The position numbers and the translations under genes are program-made. From Chiloscyllium plagiosum (taxonomy: Eukaryota), in NCBI RefSeq assembly GCF_004010195.1, contig NC_057719.1, positions 94,355,468 to 94,419,467 on the forward strand: a DNA stretch of 64,000 bases, read 5' to 3'. Below are positions 37,524-50,357 of this stretch, in pieces. Under the pieces are notes generated by a model. The model had not been told where the DNA came from, did not search any database, and saw nothing but the letters and a program-made list of their open reading frames with translations. Numbering within the stretch: the stretch's first letter is position 1; each line of letters begins with the position of its first letter.

Positions 37524-38704
37524 GAAAGTGAGGACTGCAGATGCTGGAGATCAGAGTCGAGAGTGTGTTGCTGGAAAAGTACAGCAGGTCAGGCAGCATC
37601 CAAGGAGCAGGAGAATCAACATTTTGGGCATAAGCCCTTCATCGGGAATGAGGCTTGTGGGCTAGGGCTGAGACATAAATGGGAGGGGAGTGGGGCTCAG
37701 GGGAAGGTAGCTAAGAAAGTGATAGGTGAGTGAGAAGGTAATAGGTCAGAGGGGGGATTGATGGACAGGTCCGGAAGGTGGTGCCAAACCGGAGGCTTGG
37801 GAGTGGGATAATGTGGGGGGAGGGGAAGTGAGGAAGCTGTTGAAATCCACATTTATCCCGTGTGGTTGCAGGGTCCCAAGGCGGAATATGAGGCATCATG
37901 AATGATTTGGCAGTGGAGGAGGCCCAGGACCTGCATGTCCTTGACAAAGTGGGAGGGGGAGTTGAAGTGTTCAGCCATGGGGCGGTAGGGGTAGTGGGTG
38001 TGGGTGTCCCAGAGATGTTCTCTGAAATGATCAGCAAAAAGGCGTCATGTCTCTCTGATGTAGAGGAGAACATTCCGGGTGTAACGGATGCAGTAAATTT
38101 TTATTAGGTCCATTGCAGATCTGGGAAAGTGTGACTCTGAGCTGTGCAGATGTGGTCTCCTTTACGTCGGGGAGACAGGATGCCTTCCCGCAGATTGTTT
38201 CAGAGAACACATCTGGGATACCTGCACCCACCAACCCCACCGCCTCGTGGCTGAACAATTCAACTCCCCTCCCACTCTGACAAGGACATGCAGGTCCTGG
38301 GTCTCCTCCAGTGCCAAACCATTAACGCCCGACGCCTGGACGAAGAATGCCTAATATTCCACCTTGAGACTCTGCAACCATACGGGATTAATGTGGATTT
38401 CAACAGCTTCCTCATTTCCCTTCCCCCCCCACATTATCCCAGTTCCAAGCCTCCAGCTCGGCACCGCCCTCTGGACCTGTCCATCATCACTCTCCCCTCT
38501 GACCTATCACCTTCCCCCCCACCCTTCATCTACCTATTACATTCTCAGCTACCTTCGTCCCAACCCCACCCCCTCCCATTTATCTCTCAGCCCCTGGCCC
38601 ACAAGCCTCATTCCTCCTAAAGGGCTTATGCCCGAAACATTGATTCTCCTGCTCCTCGGATGCTGCCTGACCTGCTGTGCTTTTCCAGCATGACACTCAT
38701 GACT
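37524..38704. mobile_element. Family-B Penelope long inverted insert including GIY-YIG remnants
   Basis: Arms 37524-38097 (-) and about 38148-38704 (+); IYCIR..LLYI and RCGLLYVGET, ETLQPYGINVDF; 16-bp TSD, 15/16 match (37508-37523 and 38705-38720). Confidence 0.88.
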
Positions 38705-39064
38705 CTGATGTACGGAAGGACTGATTAATCAATTGATGCAGGGCCAATGTTGCTGGTATCATTCAACAAGCAGGGACTTGACCCATTTTAATCCCTACGC
38801 CATAAAACTTCATGGGTTTCAGAGTTATATTAAGAACTCCATTGGCAACTGCATCTTCTTGAATGTATGCCACTGTGCCACCACCTCTGGTTGGTCTGTC
38901 TTGATGATAGGACTGGACATATCCAGGATGATATTGTATAGTAGGTATAATTACATGAGTATGACTATCATTATGTAAGGCTATTGTCCAACTAGTCAGT
39001 GAGACTGTTCTCCCAATTCTTGATTCTTCAGTGGTTTCCTGCCTCGTTCCTTCCCTCATTGCAG

Positions 39065-39712
39065 TCATGATTTGGAGGTGCCGATGTTGGACTGGGGTGT
39101 ACAAAGTTAAAAATCACCCAACATCAAGTTATAGTCCAACAGGTTTATTTAGAAGCACTAGCTTTCAGGGCACTGCTCCTTCATCAGGTGGTTGTTGAGT
39201 ATAAGATCATAAGACACAGAATTTATAGCAAAAGTTTACGGTGTGGTGTAACTGAAATTATATACTGTATTGAAAAAAACTTGGATTGTTTGTTAAGTCT
39301 CTCATCTTTTAGAATGACCATGTTGGTTTCAGTTCTTTCATATATAAATCCCAGAACTTTTTTTTAAAAAGTTACATTCTCAAGTGAATTTTAACAATAG
39401 GTGCCATGTCAGCCCAGATAATGCACTGAAGGTGTGAGGCTGTCTGTGCCCCAAAGCTCAGACTGATTCTATTTCTAAGTAAGGGATTTACACAATCTAA
39501 CATAGATTCATGCAGTTTTTGAGCAAAATAAAATGTAATTCTACAAGTACAAATTCACCCCACAAACTTAATTGTGTGTCTGTGTGTGTAGTGCAGTGGA
39601 GTCACCTGTAGGGTGACATGAATCCAATGTCCTGGTTGAGGCCATCCCCATGGGTACCGAATTTGGCTATCATCTTCTCAGCCACTTTGCGTTGTTGCCT
39701 GTCCCAAAATCC
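39065..39712 (-). mobile_element. Family-A Penelope 3' portion
   Basis: Colinear with 8824-9670; decayed HHR near 39156-39190. Confidence 0.88.
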
Positions 39713-39852
39713 TCATTGAAGTCCTATTTGCTCTCCTCAGGAACTTTGAAAGTTTCAACTTTTGAGGGAACTAAAGATATGTAGAAAGAATTGCCTATTT
39801 ATCTAATTGTGTTTAGGGTGTAGGTTTGCTCGCTGAGCTGTAGGTTTGATAT

Positions 39853-39892
39853 CCAGACGTTTCATTACCTGGCTAGGTAACATCATCAGTGG
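39853..39892 (-). ncRNA. Minimal hammerhead ribozyme motif
   Basis: Reverse complement CCA-CTGATGA-T-GTTACC(TAGCCA)GGTAAT-GAAA-CG-TC-TGG. Confidence 0.82.
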
Positions 39893-40911
39893 TGAGCTCT
39901 AAGTGAAGCGAAGCTGTTGTCTCCTGCTTTCTATTTATATCTTTCTCCTGGATGGGGTTCCTGGGGTNNNNNNNNNNNNNNNNNNNNNNNNNNNNNNNNN
40001 NNNNNNNNNNNNNNNNNNNNNNNNNNNNNNNNNNNNNNNNNNNNNNNNNNNNNNNNNGGGTCGTGTCTTTTTGTGGCTAGCTGGTGTTCGTGTATCCTGG
40101 TGGCTAACTTTCTTCCTGTTTGTCCTATGTAGTGTTTGTGGCAGTCCTTGCATGGAATTTTGTAGATGACGTTGGTTTTGTCCATGGGTTGTACTGGGTC
40201 TTTTAAGTTTGTTAGTTTTTGTTTGAGAGTGTTGGTGGATTTGTGTGCTACTAGGATTCTGAGGGGTCTTAGTAGTCTGGCTGTCATTTCTGAAACTTCT
40301 TTGATGTATAGTAAGGTGGTTGGAGTTTCTGGCTGTGTTTGGTCTGCTTGTCGTGGTTTGTTCTTGAGGAATCTGTGCACTGTATTTTTTGAGTATCCAT
40401 TCGTCTTGAATACGTTGTGTAGGTGGTTCTCCTCTGTTTTCCGAAGTTCGTCTGTGCTGCAGTGTGTGGTGGCTCGTTGGAATAGTGTTCTGATACAGCT
40501 TCTTTTGTGTGTGTTGGGATGGTTGCTGGTGTAGTTCAGTATTTGGTCAGTGGTTGTCGGTTTTCTGTATATGCAGGTTTGTAGTTCTCCGTTGTCCTTT
40601 CTTTCCTCTGTGATGTCTAGGAATGCGAGTTGTCGGTTTCTTCCTCCTTGGTGAACTTTATGCCTGTGAGGATGTTGTTGATGATGTTAAATGTCTCTTC
40701 TATCTTGTTTCGTTTTGTGATGACAAAGGTTTCATCTACATAGCGGACCCAGATTTTTGGCTTGATGGTTGGTAGGGCTGTTTGTTCTAGTCTTTGCATT
40801 ACTGCTTCTGCTATGAATCCTGATAGCGGAGATCCCATGGGTGTGCCGTTGGTTTGTTTGTAGACTATGTTGTTGAAAGGGAAGTGGGTGGTGAGGCACA
40901 GGTCCACTAGC

Positions 40912-42160
40912 TTCATAGAATTCTTTGAAGAGGTGACAATTAGGTTAGACCAGGGAAACCCAGTGGATGTGGTCAATCTAGACTTCCAAAAGGACTTTGA
41001 TAAGGTGCCACACGGGAGGCTGCCGAATAAGGTGAGGGTCTATGGTGTTCGAAGTGAGCTACTGGCATGGATTGAGGATTGGCTGTCTGACAGAAGGCAG
41101 AGAGTTGGGATAAGAGGTTCTTTTTCGGAATGGCAGCTGGTGACAAGCGGTGTCCCACAGAATTCAGTGTTGAGGCCGCAGATGTTCACGTTATATATTA
41201 ATGACCTGGATGAAGGGACTGGGGGCATTCTAGTGAAGTTTGCCGATGATACGAAGATAGGTGGACAAGCAGGTAGTACTGAGGAAGTGGGGAGGCTGCA
41301 GAAGGATCTCGACAGTTTGGGAGAGTGGTCCAGGAAATGGCTGATGAAGTTCAATGTTAGCAAATGCGAGGCATTGCACTTTGGAAAAAAGAATACAAGC
41401 ATGGACTACTTTCTAAACGGTGAGAAAATTCATAAAGCCAAAGTACAAAGGGACCTAGGAGTGCTAGTCGAGGATTCTCTAAACGTAAACATGCAGGTTG
41501 AATCCGTGATTAAGAAAGCGAATGCAATGTTGCCATTTATCTCAAGAGGGTTGGAATATAAAAACAGCGATGTGCTACTCAGACTTTATAAAGCTCTGGT
41601 TAGGCCCCATTTGGAGTACTGTGTCCAGTTTTGGGCCCCACACCTCAGGAGGGACATACTGGCACTGGAGCGTGTCCAGCGGAGATTCACACGGATGATC
41701 CCTGGAATGGTAGGTCTAACATACGAGGAACAGCTGAGGATCCTGGGATTATACTCATTGGAGTTTAGAAGGTTAATGGGAGATCTAACAGAAACTTACA
41801 AGATAATACATGGCTTGAAAAGGGTGGACGCTAAGAAATTGTTTCCGTTAGGCAGGGAGACTAGGACCCGTGGGCAAAGCCATAAAATTAGAGGGGGTCA
41901 ATTCAGAACAGAAATGCGGAGACATTTCTTCAGCCAGAGAGTAGTGGGCCTGTGGAATTCATTACCGCGGAGTGCAGTGGAGGCCGGGACGCTAAATGTC
42001 TTCAAGGCAGAGATTGATAAATTCTTGATGTCACAAGGAATTAAGGGCTACGGGGAGAATGTGGGTAAGTGGAGTTGAAATGCCCATCAGCCATGATTAA
42101 ATGGCGGAATGGACTTGATGGGCCAAATGACCCGACTTCCACTCCGATGGTCTTATGATG
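40912..42160 (+). mobile_element. Young 5'-truncated CR1-like LINE with an open RT C-terminal frame
   Basis: ORF 40867..42078: LDFQKDFDKVPH, SGVPQ, FADDTK through to the natural stop; the first 15 or so residues are antisense Penelope. Confidence 0.93.
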
Positions 42161-44109
42161 TTTTTATTGGTAATTTGATTGATGGGTCCGCTATGTAGAT
42201 GACACCTTTGTCCTCACAAAATGAAACAAGATAGAAGAGACATTTAATTTCATCAACAACACCCTCACGGCATAAACTTCACCAAGGAGGAAGAAACCGA
42301 CAACAAACTCGCATTCCTGGACGTCACAGTCGAAAGAAAGGACAACGGAGAACTACAAACCTGCGTATACAGAAAACCGACAAACACTGACCAAATACTC
42401 AACTACACCAGCAACCATCCCAACGCACACAAAAGAAGCTGTATCAGAACACTATTCCAATGAGCCACCACACACTGCAGCACAGACGAACTTCGGAAAA
42501 CAGAGGAGAACCACCTACACAATGTATTCAAGACGAATGGATACTCAAAAAATACAGTGCACAGATTCCTCAGGAACAAACCACGACAAGCAGACCAAAC
42601 ACAGTCAGAAACCCTAACCACCTTACCATACATNNNNNNNNNNNNNNNNNNNNNNNNNNNNNNNNNNNNNNNNNNNNNNNNNNNNNNNNNNNNNNNNNNN
42701 NNNNNNNNNNNNNNTGCCAGAGAATTCCTAGAGGCCTGGCACTCCAACCACAATGCCACAAACAAACACATAGATCTAGATGCCATCTATCAACCCCTCA
42801 GATAACGAACATGAAATGACATCACCACAAACCCCAGGAACCCCATCCAGGAGAAAGATATAAATAGAAAGCAGGAGACAACAGCTTCGCTTCACTTGGA
42901 GGCCGCCACTGATGTTACCCAGCCAGATAATGAAACGTCTGGATATCAAACCTACAGCTCAGCGAGCAAACCTACACCCTAAACCTCAATCTGAGCTACA
43001 AACCGTCACAAACCTTATCTAGTTGTGTTTCAGGGCATGGAGAAAAGTGCCAACTAGTGCCTATTATTTCTGTCAACAAAGTTCAGATGGACATGAAAAT
43101 AAAAAGTAGTCAGCAGTTCAGGAAGAATCTGTGGAGAGAGAACCAAAGTTAGTTTCAGATTAATGACATTTCTTAACTGGAAAACATTTGTGAATCATCA
43201 ATACAGAGACCGAGACCAGAGAGAGTAGTTGAAAGAACATATGGACTGGTCTCTAATAGGGTGGATGCAGCAAAGATTGATTGACAAAAGAAATGGTTGT
43301 ACAAACCTGCAGAGAATGACAATGGCATAAATGCAGACAGAAAAAGGGTGTCTGTGAAGGCATTACTGGCGCTTACATAGTTGGAGATAATTAATTGACT
43401 TTGACATTGAATTAGTATTTTGAAAAATTTAAAATAACATTAAATGACAATTTTTGTTTTTATTTCTATGTTCCCTGTCTCTTTCCCTTTGAGTCACTAA
43501 GATTGATCCACTTTAAAGAGCTTTTAAGATATAAAGCAACAAAAGATGTCCGAGCAGAGCATTACTGTTTTGCTTTCTTATCACCCCAATATACATTACA
43601 TTCAGTGAAGCTTTTAAACTTTGTCCTCTTTGTTCTCCAAATCATTTGGAGTTGAACCACTGACAAGAATGTGCTTGAACCTAAAGGATAATAATGCATC
43701 AGTTCAGCTAACCGTGTCCTGAAAAATTAGATAGAGGGTACATGTTCCTTCAAATTTGGTGTTGAGCGCTTGGCAAAAGTACATAGCTCAAGACTGGGTG
43801 TTTGTGTGTATGTCAAGTCTTCAAGTACAGTTTGGATAAATAGAGTCATATCATTACAAAATGTACGTTTTTGATACTTGTTGAATTCCTTATTTTAGGC
43901 TTTCGAACCTCTGTTGGAGAAAAAATTAACGAGGTGAATTCTATGCATCTGTCTCAACTGTCTTGTATGACAGAGTTTTAAACTTGCACAACTTGTTCAG
44001 AGAGAACTTTCTCCTCACCTCTGTCCTAAAGGATTGATTCCAAATTTAAAGCTGTGCTGCCCTAGTTCTGGATTCAAGCACCAGATGAAACAAACTTCTA
44101 ATCCGCCTT

Positions 44110-46316
44110 GGGAGAAGGAATCACATTTTTGGATCATTGGAATCTCTTCTGGGGTAGAAGTGATCTGTACAAGAAGGGTGAATTGCACCTGAATTGGAAG
44201 GGGACTAATACACTGGCAGGGAGATTGGCTAGAGCTGCTCAGGAGGATTTAAACAATTAAGGTGGGGGGTTGGGACCCACGGAGATAGTGAGGAAAGAGA
44301 GCAATCTGAGATTGGTACAGTTGAGAAAAGAAGCGAGTCAAATGGTCAGGGCAGGCAGGGACAAAGCAGAGAACAAGGTAGGATTGATAAATTAAACTGC
44401 ATTTATTTCAATGCAAGAGTACTAACAGGGAAGGCAAATGAACTCAGGGCATGGTTAGGGACATGGGACTGTGATTTCATAGCAATTACAGAAACATGGC
44501 TCAGGGATGGGCAGGACTGGCAGCTTAATGTTCCAGGATACAAATACTACAGAAAGGGAGGCAAGAGAGGAAGGGGAGTGGCATTTCTGATAAGGGATAG
44601 CATTACAGCTGTGCTGAGGGAAGATATTCCTAGATATACATCCAGGGAAGTTATTTTGGTTGAACTGAGAGATCAGAAAGGGATGATCACCTTATTGGGA
44701 TTGTATTATAGACCCCCCAATAGTTAGAGGGAAAATGAAAAACAGATTTGTAAGAAGATCTCAGTTATCTGGAAGAATAATAAGATGGTTATGGTAGGGG
44801 AGTTTAACTTTCCAAACATACACTGGGACTGCCATACTGTTAAGAGTTTAGATGGAGAAGAATTTGTTAAGTGTGTACAAGAAAAGTTTCTGATTAAATA
44901 TGTGTAAGAAGATCTCAGTTATCTGGAAGAATAATAAGATGGTTATGGTAGGGGAGTTTAACTTTCCAAACATACACTGGGACTGCCATACTGTTAAGTG
45001 TGTACAAGAAATGTTTCTGATTAAATATGTGGGTGGACCTACAAGAGAATGTGCAAAACTTGACCTACTGTTGTGAAATTAGGCAGGGCAGGTGACTGAG
45101 GTGTCAGTGGGGAGCACTTTGGGGCCAGCGACTATTATTCTATTAGTTTTAAAATAGTGATGGAAAAGGATAGACCAGATCTAAAATTGAAGTTCTAAAT
45201 TGGAGGAAGGCTAATTTTGATGGTATTAGGCAAGAACTTTCAAAAGCTGATTGGGGGCAGATGTTCGCAGGTAAAGGGACGGCTGGAAAATGGGAAGCCT
45301 TCAGAAATAAGGTAACGAGAGTCCAGAGAAAGTATATTCCTGTTAGGGTGAAAGGAAAGGCTGGTAGGTGTAGGGAATGCTGGATGACTAAAGAAATTGA
45401 GGGTTTGGTTAAGAAAAAGAAGGAAGCATATGTCAGTCCAGATCAGATAGATCTAATTAATTCTTAGAACAGTATAAAGGCAGCAGGAGTATACTTAAGA
45501 GGGAAATCAGGAGGGCAAAAAGGGGACATGACATAGCTTTGGCAAAAAGAATTAAGGAGAATCCAAAGGGTTTTTACAAATGCATTAAGGACAAAAGGTT
45601 AGCTAGGGAGAGAATAGGGCCCCTCAAAGATCAGGAAGGTGGCCTTTGTGTGGAGCCGCAGGATATGGGGTACATACGAAATGAGTATTTTGCATCAGTA
45701 TTTACTATGGGAAAGGACATGGAAGATATAGAATGTAGGGAAATAAATGGTGACATCTTGAAAAATGTCCATATTACATAGGAGGAAGTGCTGGATGTCT
45801 TGAAACGGTTAAAAGGTGGATAAATCCTCAGGACCTGATCAGGTTTACCCTAGAGCTCTGTGGGAAGCTAGAGAAGTGATTGCTGAGCCTCTTACTGAGA
45901 TATTTGTACCATTGATAGTCACAGGTGAGGTGCCATAAGACTTGGTTAGCTAACATGATGCCATTATTTAAGAAAGGTGGTAAGGATAAGCCAGGGAACT
46001 ATAGACCAGTGAGTCTGATGTTGGTGGTGGGCAAGTTGTTGGAGGGAATCCTGAGGGACAGAAAGTACATGTATTTGGAAAGGCAAGGACTGATTAGGGA
46101 TGGTCAACATGGTTTTGTGCGTGGGAAATCATGTCTCACAAACTTGATTGCGTTTTTTGAAGAAGTAACAAAGAGGATTGAAGAGGGCAGAACAATGGAT
46201 GTGATCAAGATGGATTTCAGTAAGGTATTTGACAAGGTTCCCCATGGGAGACTGGTGAGGAAGGTTAGATCTTATGGAATAAAGTGGGAACTTGCCATTT
46301 GGATACAGAAATGGTA
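44110..46316 (+). mobile_element. Long CR1 fragment: ORF1 SGNH-esterase end, ORF2 AP-endonuclease and RT N-half
   Basis: DHWNLFWGRSDLYKKGELHLN; LNCIYFNAR, IAITETWL, YYRPPN, NYRPVSL, DFSKVFDKVPH. Confidence 0.9.
44749..45031. repeat. 154-bp tandem duplication inside the CR1 endonuclease
   Basis: Units start at 44749 and 44903; the second lacks about 25 nt between TGTTAAG direct repeats. Confidence 0.88.
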
Positions 46317-46863
46317 TAACGGCTGCAGAAAGGCAGTTCGAGGGAGATCTGCCTTTAGAGGTAGTATGGGCTGAAGTCAGAAATAGGAAAGGTGCAGTCA
46401 CCTTGTTGGGTGTTTACTATTGGCCCCCCAATAGCAGCAGAGATGTAGAGAAACAGATTGGGAAACAGATTTTGGAAAGGTGCAGAAGCCACAGGGTAGT
46501 AGTCATGGATTGGAAGCTCTTTGGATCAAGTAGATTGGATGGGGCGGTGTTTGTGCAGTGTGTCCAGGAAGCTTTTCTAACTCAGTATGTAGATTGTCCG
46601 ACCAGAAGGGAGGCCATTTTGGATTTGGTACTCGGTAATGAACCGGGACAGGTGATGGGCTTGTTAGTGGGTGAACATTTTGGTGATGGTGACCACAATT
46701 CTGTGACTTTCACCTTGGTTATGGAGAGAGATAGGTGCGTGCAACAGGGTAGGTTTTACAATTGGGGGAAGGGTAATTACGATGCTGTAAGACAGGATCT
46801 GAGGAGCATAAGTTGGGAGCATAGGCTGTCAGGGAAGGATGTCGTGGAAATGTGGAACTTTTT
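46317..46863 (+). mobile_element. Endonuclease fragment from a second CR1 subfamily
   Basis: ORF 46292..46879 EVVWAEVRN..LLGVYYWPPN..PTRREAILDLVLGN..GDGDHN. Confidence 0.85.
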
Positions 46864-46871
46864 CTGCCTCC

Positions 46872-46907
46872 ATTCCTGATGAAGGGCTTTTGCCCGAAAC
46901 GTCGATT
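46872..46907 (+). ncRNA. Minimal hammerhead ribozyme motif at the head of a family-B element (46870-46968)
   Basis: ATTC-CTGATGA-A-GGGC(TTTT)GCCC-GAAA-CG-TC-GATT. Confidence 0.82.
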
Positions 46908-47450
46908 TTCCTGCTCCTCGGATGCTGCCTGACCTGCTGTGCTTTTCCAGCAACACATTCTTAATCAACAACATGACATTCCACTCTGTTATCAGTCAAA
47001 AACAGATTGTTCATTCCTGACAGAAATTATATATCCATTTCCAATTTTCACTCAACGCAGACAAAGAGAAACTAAAGCAAACAGGAAAGGATGTCGTTTA
47101 ACAACATTGAGGGATTAAGGAATAACAGAGCAACACACAATTCTTCTTTGAAGATAGATATCTAAACCAGGATGACTGATAGCAGTGAAACGTAAATATT
47201 ACTAATCCTTTCAACAAATCATTTGAAATCTATGGGCAGGTGAGGGAAACTGATCACATTCAAAGGAATTTGGATAAATTAAATTAATGGATTAAGGATG
47301 ACTGATTCAACAACTTCAATGAACATGTCAGGACAGCTGCCATGTTACTACAGGTAAATGTGAACTTTCCTGATGATGCTCTGTCACATTAAACAAAATT
47401 CTACACTGATTACAATTGTTGTCACTGCCAAAACATGTCTTCAGAATGCA

Positions 47451-48575
47451 AGTCATAAAGTCATGCAGCATGGAAACAGACCCTTTGAAACCAACCAGTC
47501 CACGCCAACCATGTTCCCAAACTAAACCAGTCCCACCTGCCATTTCTCTCCACATTGAAAAGAGTGGTGTTGGAAAAACACAGCAAGTCAGGCAGCATCT
47601 GAGGAGCAGGAGAATTGACATTTCGGGCATAAGTCCTTCATCATTCCTGAAGAAAGGCTTATGCCTGAAACGTTGATTCTCCTGCTCCTCGGATGCTGCC
47701 TGACCTGCTATGCTTTTCTAGCGCCACACTTTTCAACTTTGACCCCCCCCCCCCACCTTCTGCAGTCCTCACCATATCTCTCCAAATTTTTCCTGCTCAT
47801 GTACTTATCCAAATGTCTTTTCAATGTTGTAATTGTACATGCATCCACCACTTCCTCTGGCAGTTCATTCCATACATGAACCACTTGCTGTGTAAAAGAG
47901 TTGCCCATCATGTCCTTTTTAAATCTTTCTCCTCTCACTTTTAAAATATGCCCCAAATCGTGAACTGCCCCACCCTAGGGAAAAGGCCCTTGTCATTCAC
48001 CTTATCTATGCCTCTCATGATTTTATGAACACTATGAGGTCACTTCTTAATTTCCTATGCTTCAGTGAACAATGTCCCAGCCTTTCTAGTCTATTTTTAT
48101 TTCTCAAACCCTCCATTCCGAGCAACATCCTGATAAATCTTTCCTGAACCCTCTCCATTTTAATAATATCCTTTCTGTAGCAGGGTGACCAGAACTGCAC
48201 AAACAGTACTCCAAAAGAAATCTCATCAATGTCCTATACAACCTCAACATGACATCCCAAATCCTATAATCAAAGGTTTGCTAAATGCCTTCTTAAACTC
48301 TAGGTATCTCTGTGCTACAACACTATCCAGGGCCCTACCATTAATTAGTTAATTAATTAATTAATTAATCCTGTCTTTATTTGTTTGACCAAAATGCAAT
48401 ACCTCACATTTATCTAAATTAAACTCCATCTGCCACTCTTCAGTCCTTTGACCCAATTGATCAAGATATCTTGTAATTATAAATGATCATCTTCACTGGG
48501 CACTTTAACACCAATTTTGATGTCATCCACAAACTTACTAACCATGTCTCCTATATTCTCATCCAAATCTTTATA
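47451..48575 (-). mobile_element. CR1-like LINE 3' portion
   Basis: QFWSPCYRKDIIKMERVQ, WNELPEEVV; contains (TTAA)n at about 48340-48368. Confidence 0.9.
47553..47771. mobile_element. Family-B fold-back mini-insert (older)
   Basis: Arms meet at about 47642; 13-bp TSD, 12/13 match (47540-47552 and 47772-47784). Confidence 0.85.
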
Positions 48576-48712
48576 GAAAGCAAAACTTCTGCTGTACTGA
48601 ATTTAATCTAACTCAGCTCCTCTGCATATGCTGACTGCAGCATTATGCCTGAAAGCTTTAACTCTGCCTGAAATTTCAAATTAGCAGTGCATTTATTTTT
48701 CACAAGGATTCT

Positions 48713-49017
48713 GGTATGGTGGCTCAGTGGTTTGCACTGCTACCTCACAGCACCAGAGTCCTAGGTTCAATTCCAGCCTTGGGCGACTGTCTGTGTGGAG
48801 TTTGTACATTCTCCCTGTGTCTGCGTGGGTTTCCTCTGCATGCTCTGGTTTCCTCCCATGAAGATGTGCAGGTTAGGTGAATTGGCCATACTAAATTACC
48901 TGTAGTTTTAGGTGCATTAGTCAGAGGGAAATGGGTCTGGGTGTGTTACTCTTTGGAGGGTCAGTGTTGACTGGTTGGGCTGAAGGGCCTGTTTCCATAC
49001 TGTAGGAATCTAATCTA
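48713..49017 (+). mobile_element. HE1-type V-SINE
   Basis: TGGCTCAGTGG A box, GGTTCAATTCC B box, V core, gaagggcctgtttcc tail. Confidence 0.9.
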
Positions 49018-49134
49018 AAATAAAATTTTAACAGGATTGTTACTTTCATTATGGTGATGCAATGTTAAATTGATTAACTTGATCTTGAGTGTCTGTTGAA
49101 CATCCATCAAAATACAATGTAGAAGAATATAGAA

Positions 49135-49275
49135 TAAAAAAAGCTGAAAGCACTGCAGATGCTTCAAATCAGGAAATAAAAAACAGAAATTGCTGGAAAA
49201 GTTCACCAAGTCTGGCAGCATCTGTGGAGAGAAATCAAAGTTAATGTTTCGGGTCCAGTGACCTTTGCTCAGAAT
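49135..49275 (-). mobile_element. Family-C Penelope terminal fragment with decayed HHR
   Basis: gcatctgtggagagaaatcaaagttaatgtttcgggtccagtgacctttgctcagaa; a similar relic lies at about 35710-35845. Confidence 0.7.
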
Positions 49276-50225
49276 TTGCTTAGTCCTTCCTTCCTGAGAA
49301 GAATATAGATTAAGAGCTCCTAATTGTTTGATCATTGCAGACAAAATATTGAATGCAGCAATAAAAATCATGTTAGGGTATAAAAGAATACACCGATTAA
49401 AATGTCACAACTATCCTTGCAAGTCTCACCTTGCTGGTAGATGCTAAAGTTACAAGATTAAAAGCTGGTTTATTCATGAGCACCAAACATGTCACATTAC
49501 CGAACTGCCCACTGACACAAATAGGGCGAACAAAGAAACAATGCAATCATCAAGTTAGACTTTAAGTATTGGCAACAAGAACAGACTCAATGTCTTGAAT
49601 GCTGATTGTGTGATTGTAGATAATTGAATTCTTGGAATTAAGACAGACGTGTAGTTTTCAACTATTCCATCAGTTGATCTCTTAGAAAGACTGAACCATA
49701 ATTTCCCTTTGAATAGTGTCCAATATTCAGTTGTTATTGTAGACAAATTCAGAATCAATATGAAAAATAAAGCAGGACTTTGCTATAAGCTGTCCCTGAT
49801 AATATTATCAAGTGTTCCAACTTTCTGATGTAATTTCTATTAAACCCTGGATATCTGCCCAAATGAAATTATAATTAGATTTTAGTGGTGTACGGTCGTG
49901 AGTCGCATTTTCCTTGAGCATTATTTTCACATTTAGCATTAATTAGAATTAAGTTGCCAGTGTTGCTCAGAACCAGAAAAGATAAAATTGAATCGAAAAG
50001 GCCTCAATGCGCCATGTTAAAAGTCATCTAGATTCCACAATTTCTCCCACTAATTTATCTGATTTGTTCTTCTGTCACTCCTACTCTCCAATCTAGGCTT
50101 TCTGTTCTCAGCTTTGCCTTTCTTACCCTCTTCCAACACTTCCAATTTCACTATTCATTTAGCCTCAATTACACTTTCCTACAGCTAACTGCCAGGGCAC
50201 TTTTGGGTCATTATAAGTAGGCTAT

Positions 50226-50353
50226 GGAGAAGGGCCTGTGCCCGAAACGTCGAATCTCCTGTTCCCTGGATGCTGCCTGACCTGCTGTGCTGTTCCAGCA
50301 ATAAAGTTTCAACTTTGATCTCCAGCATCTGCAGACCTCACTTTCTCCTCAAA
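50226..50353 (+). mobile_element. Family-B mini-element, 5' end inside the HHR core
   Basis: agaagggcctgtgcccgaaacgtcgaat...gcagacctcactttctcctcaaag. Confidence 0.88.
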
Positions 50354-50357
50354 GATA

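Larger units (their letters stand above)
36365..39060 (-). mobile_element. LINE AP-endonuclease fragments (36365-36715 and 38721-39060)
   Basis: TRRKNILNLILTN, DHCTVLVET, QDRPTRGGGTVAY. Confidence 0.7.
39815..43014. mobile_element. Poseidon-like Penelope inverted pair with a CR1 at the apex
   Basis: Minus arm 39815-40915 (GTPMGSPLSG, WVRYVDE, GIY-YIG); plus arm 42183-43014 (WVRYVDD); 16-bp TSD, 15/16 match (39799-39814 and 43015-43030). Confidence 0.9.

Noticed and set aside
40867..42078. 403-aa ORF as a host gene or domesticated RT
   Set aside because: It is a 5'-truncated CR1 with its 3' UTR; the start comes from antisense Penelope sequence
49555..49758. Host exon in unique sequence
   Set aside because: No recognisable peptide or convincing splice signals
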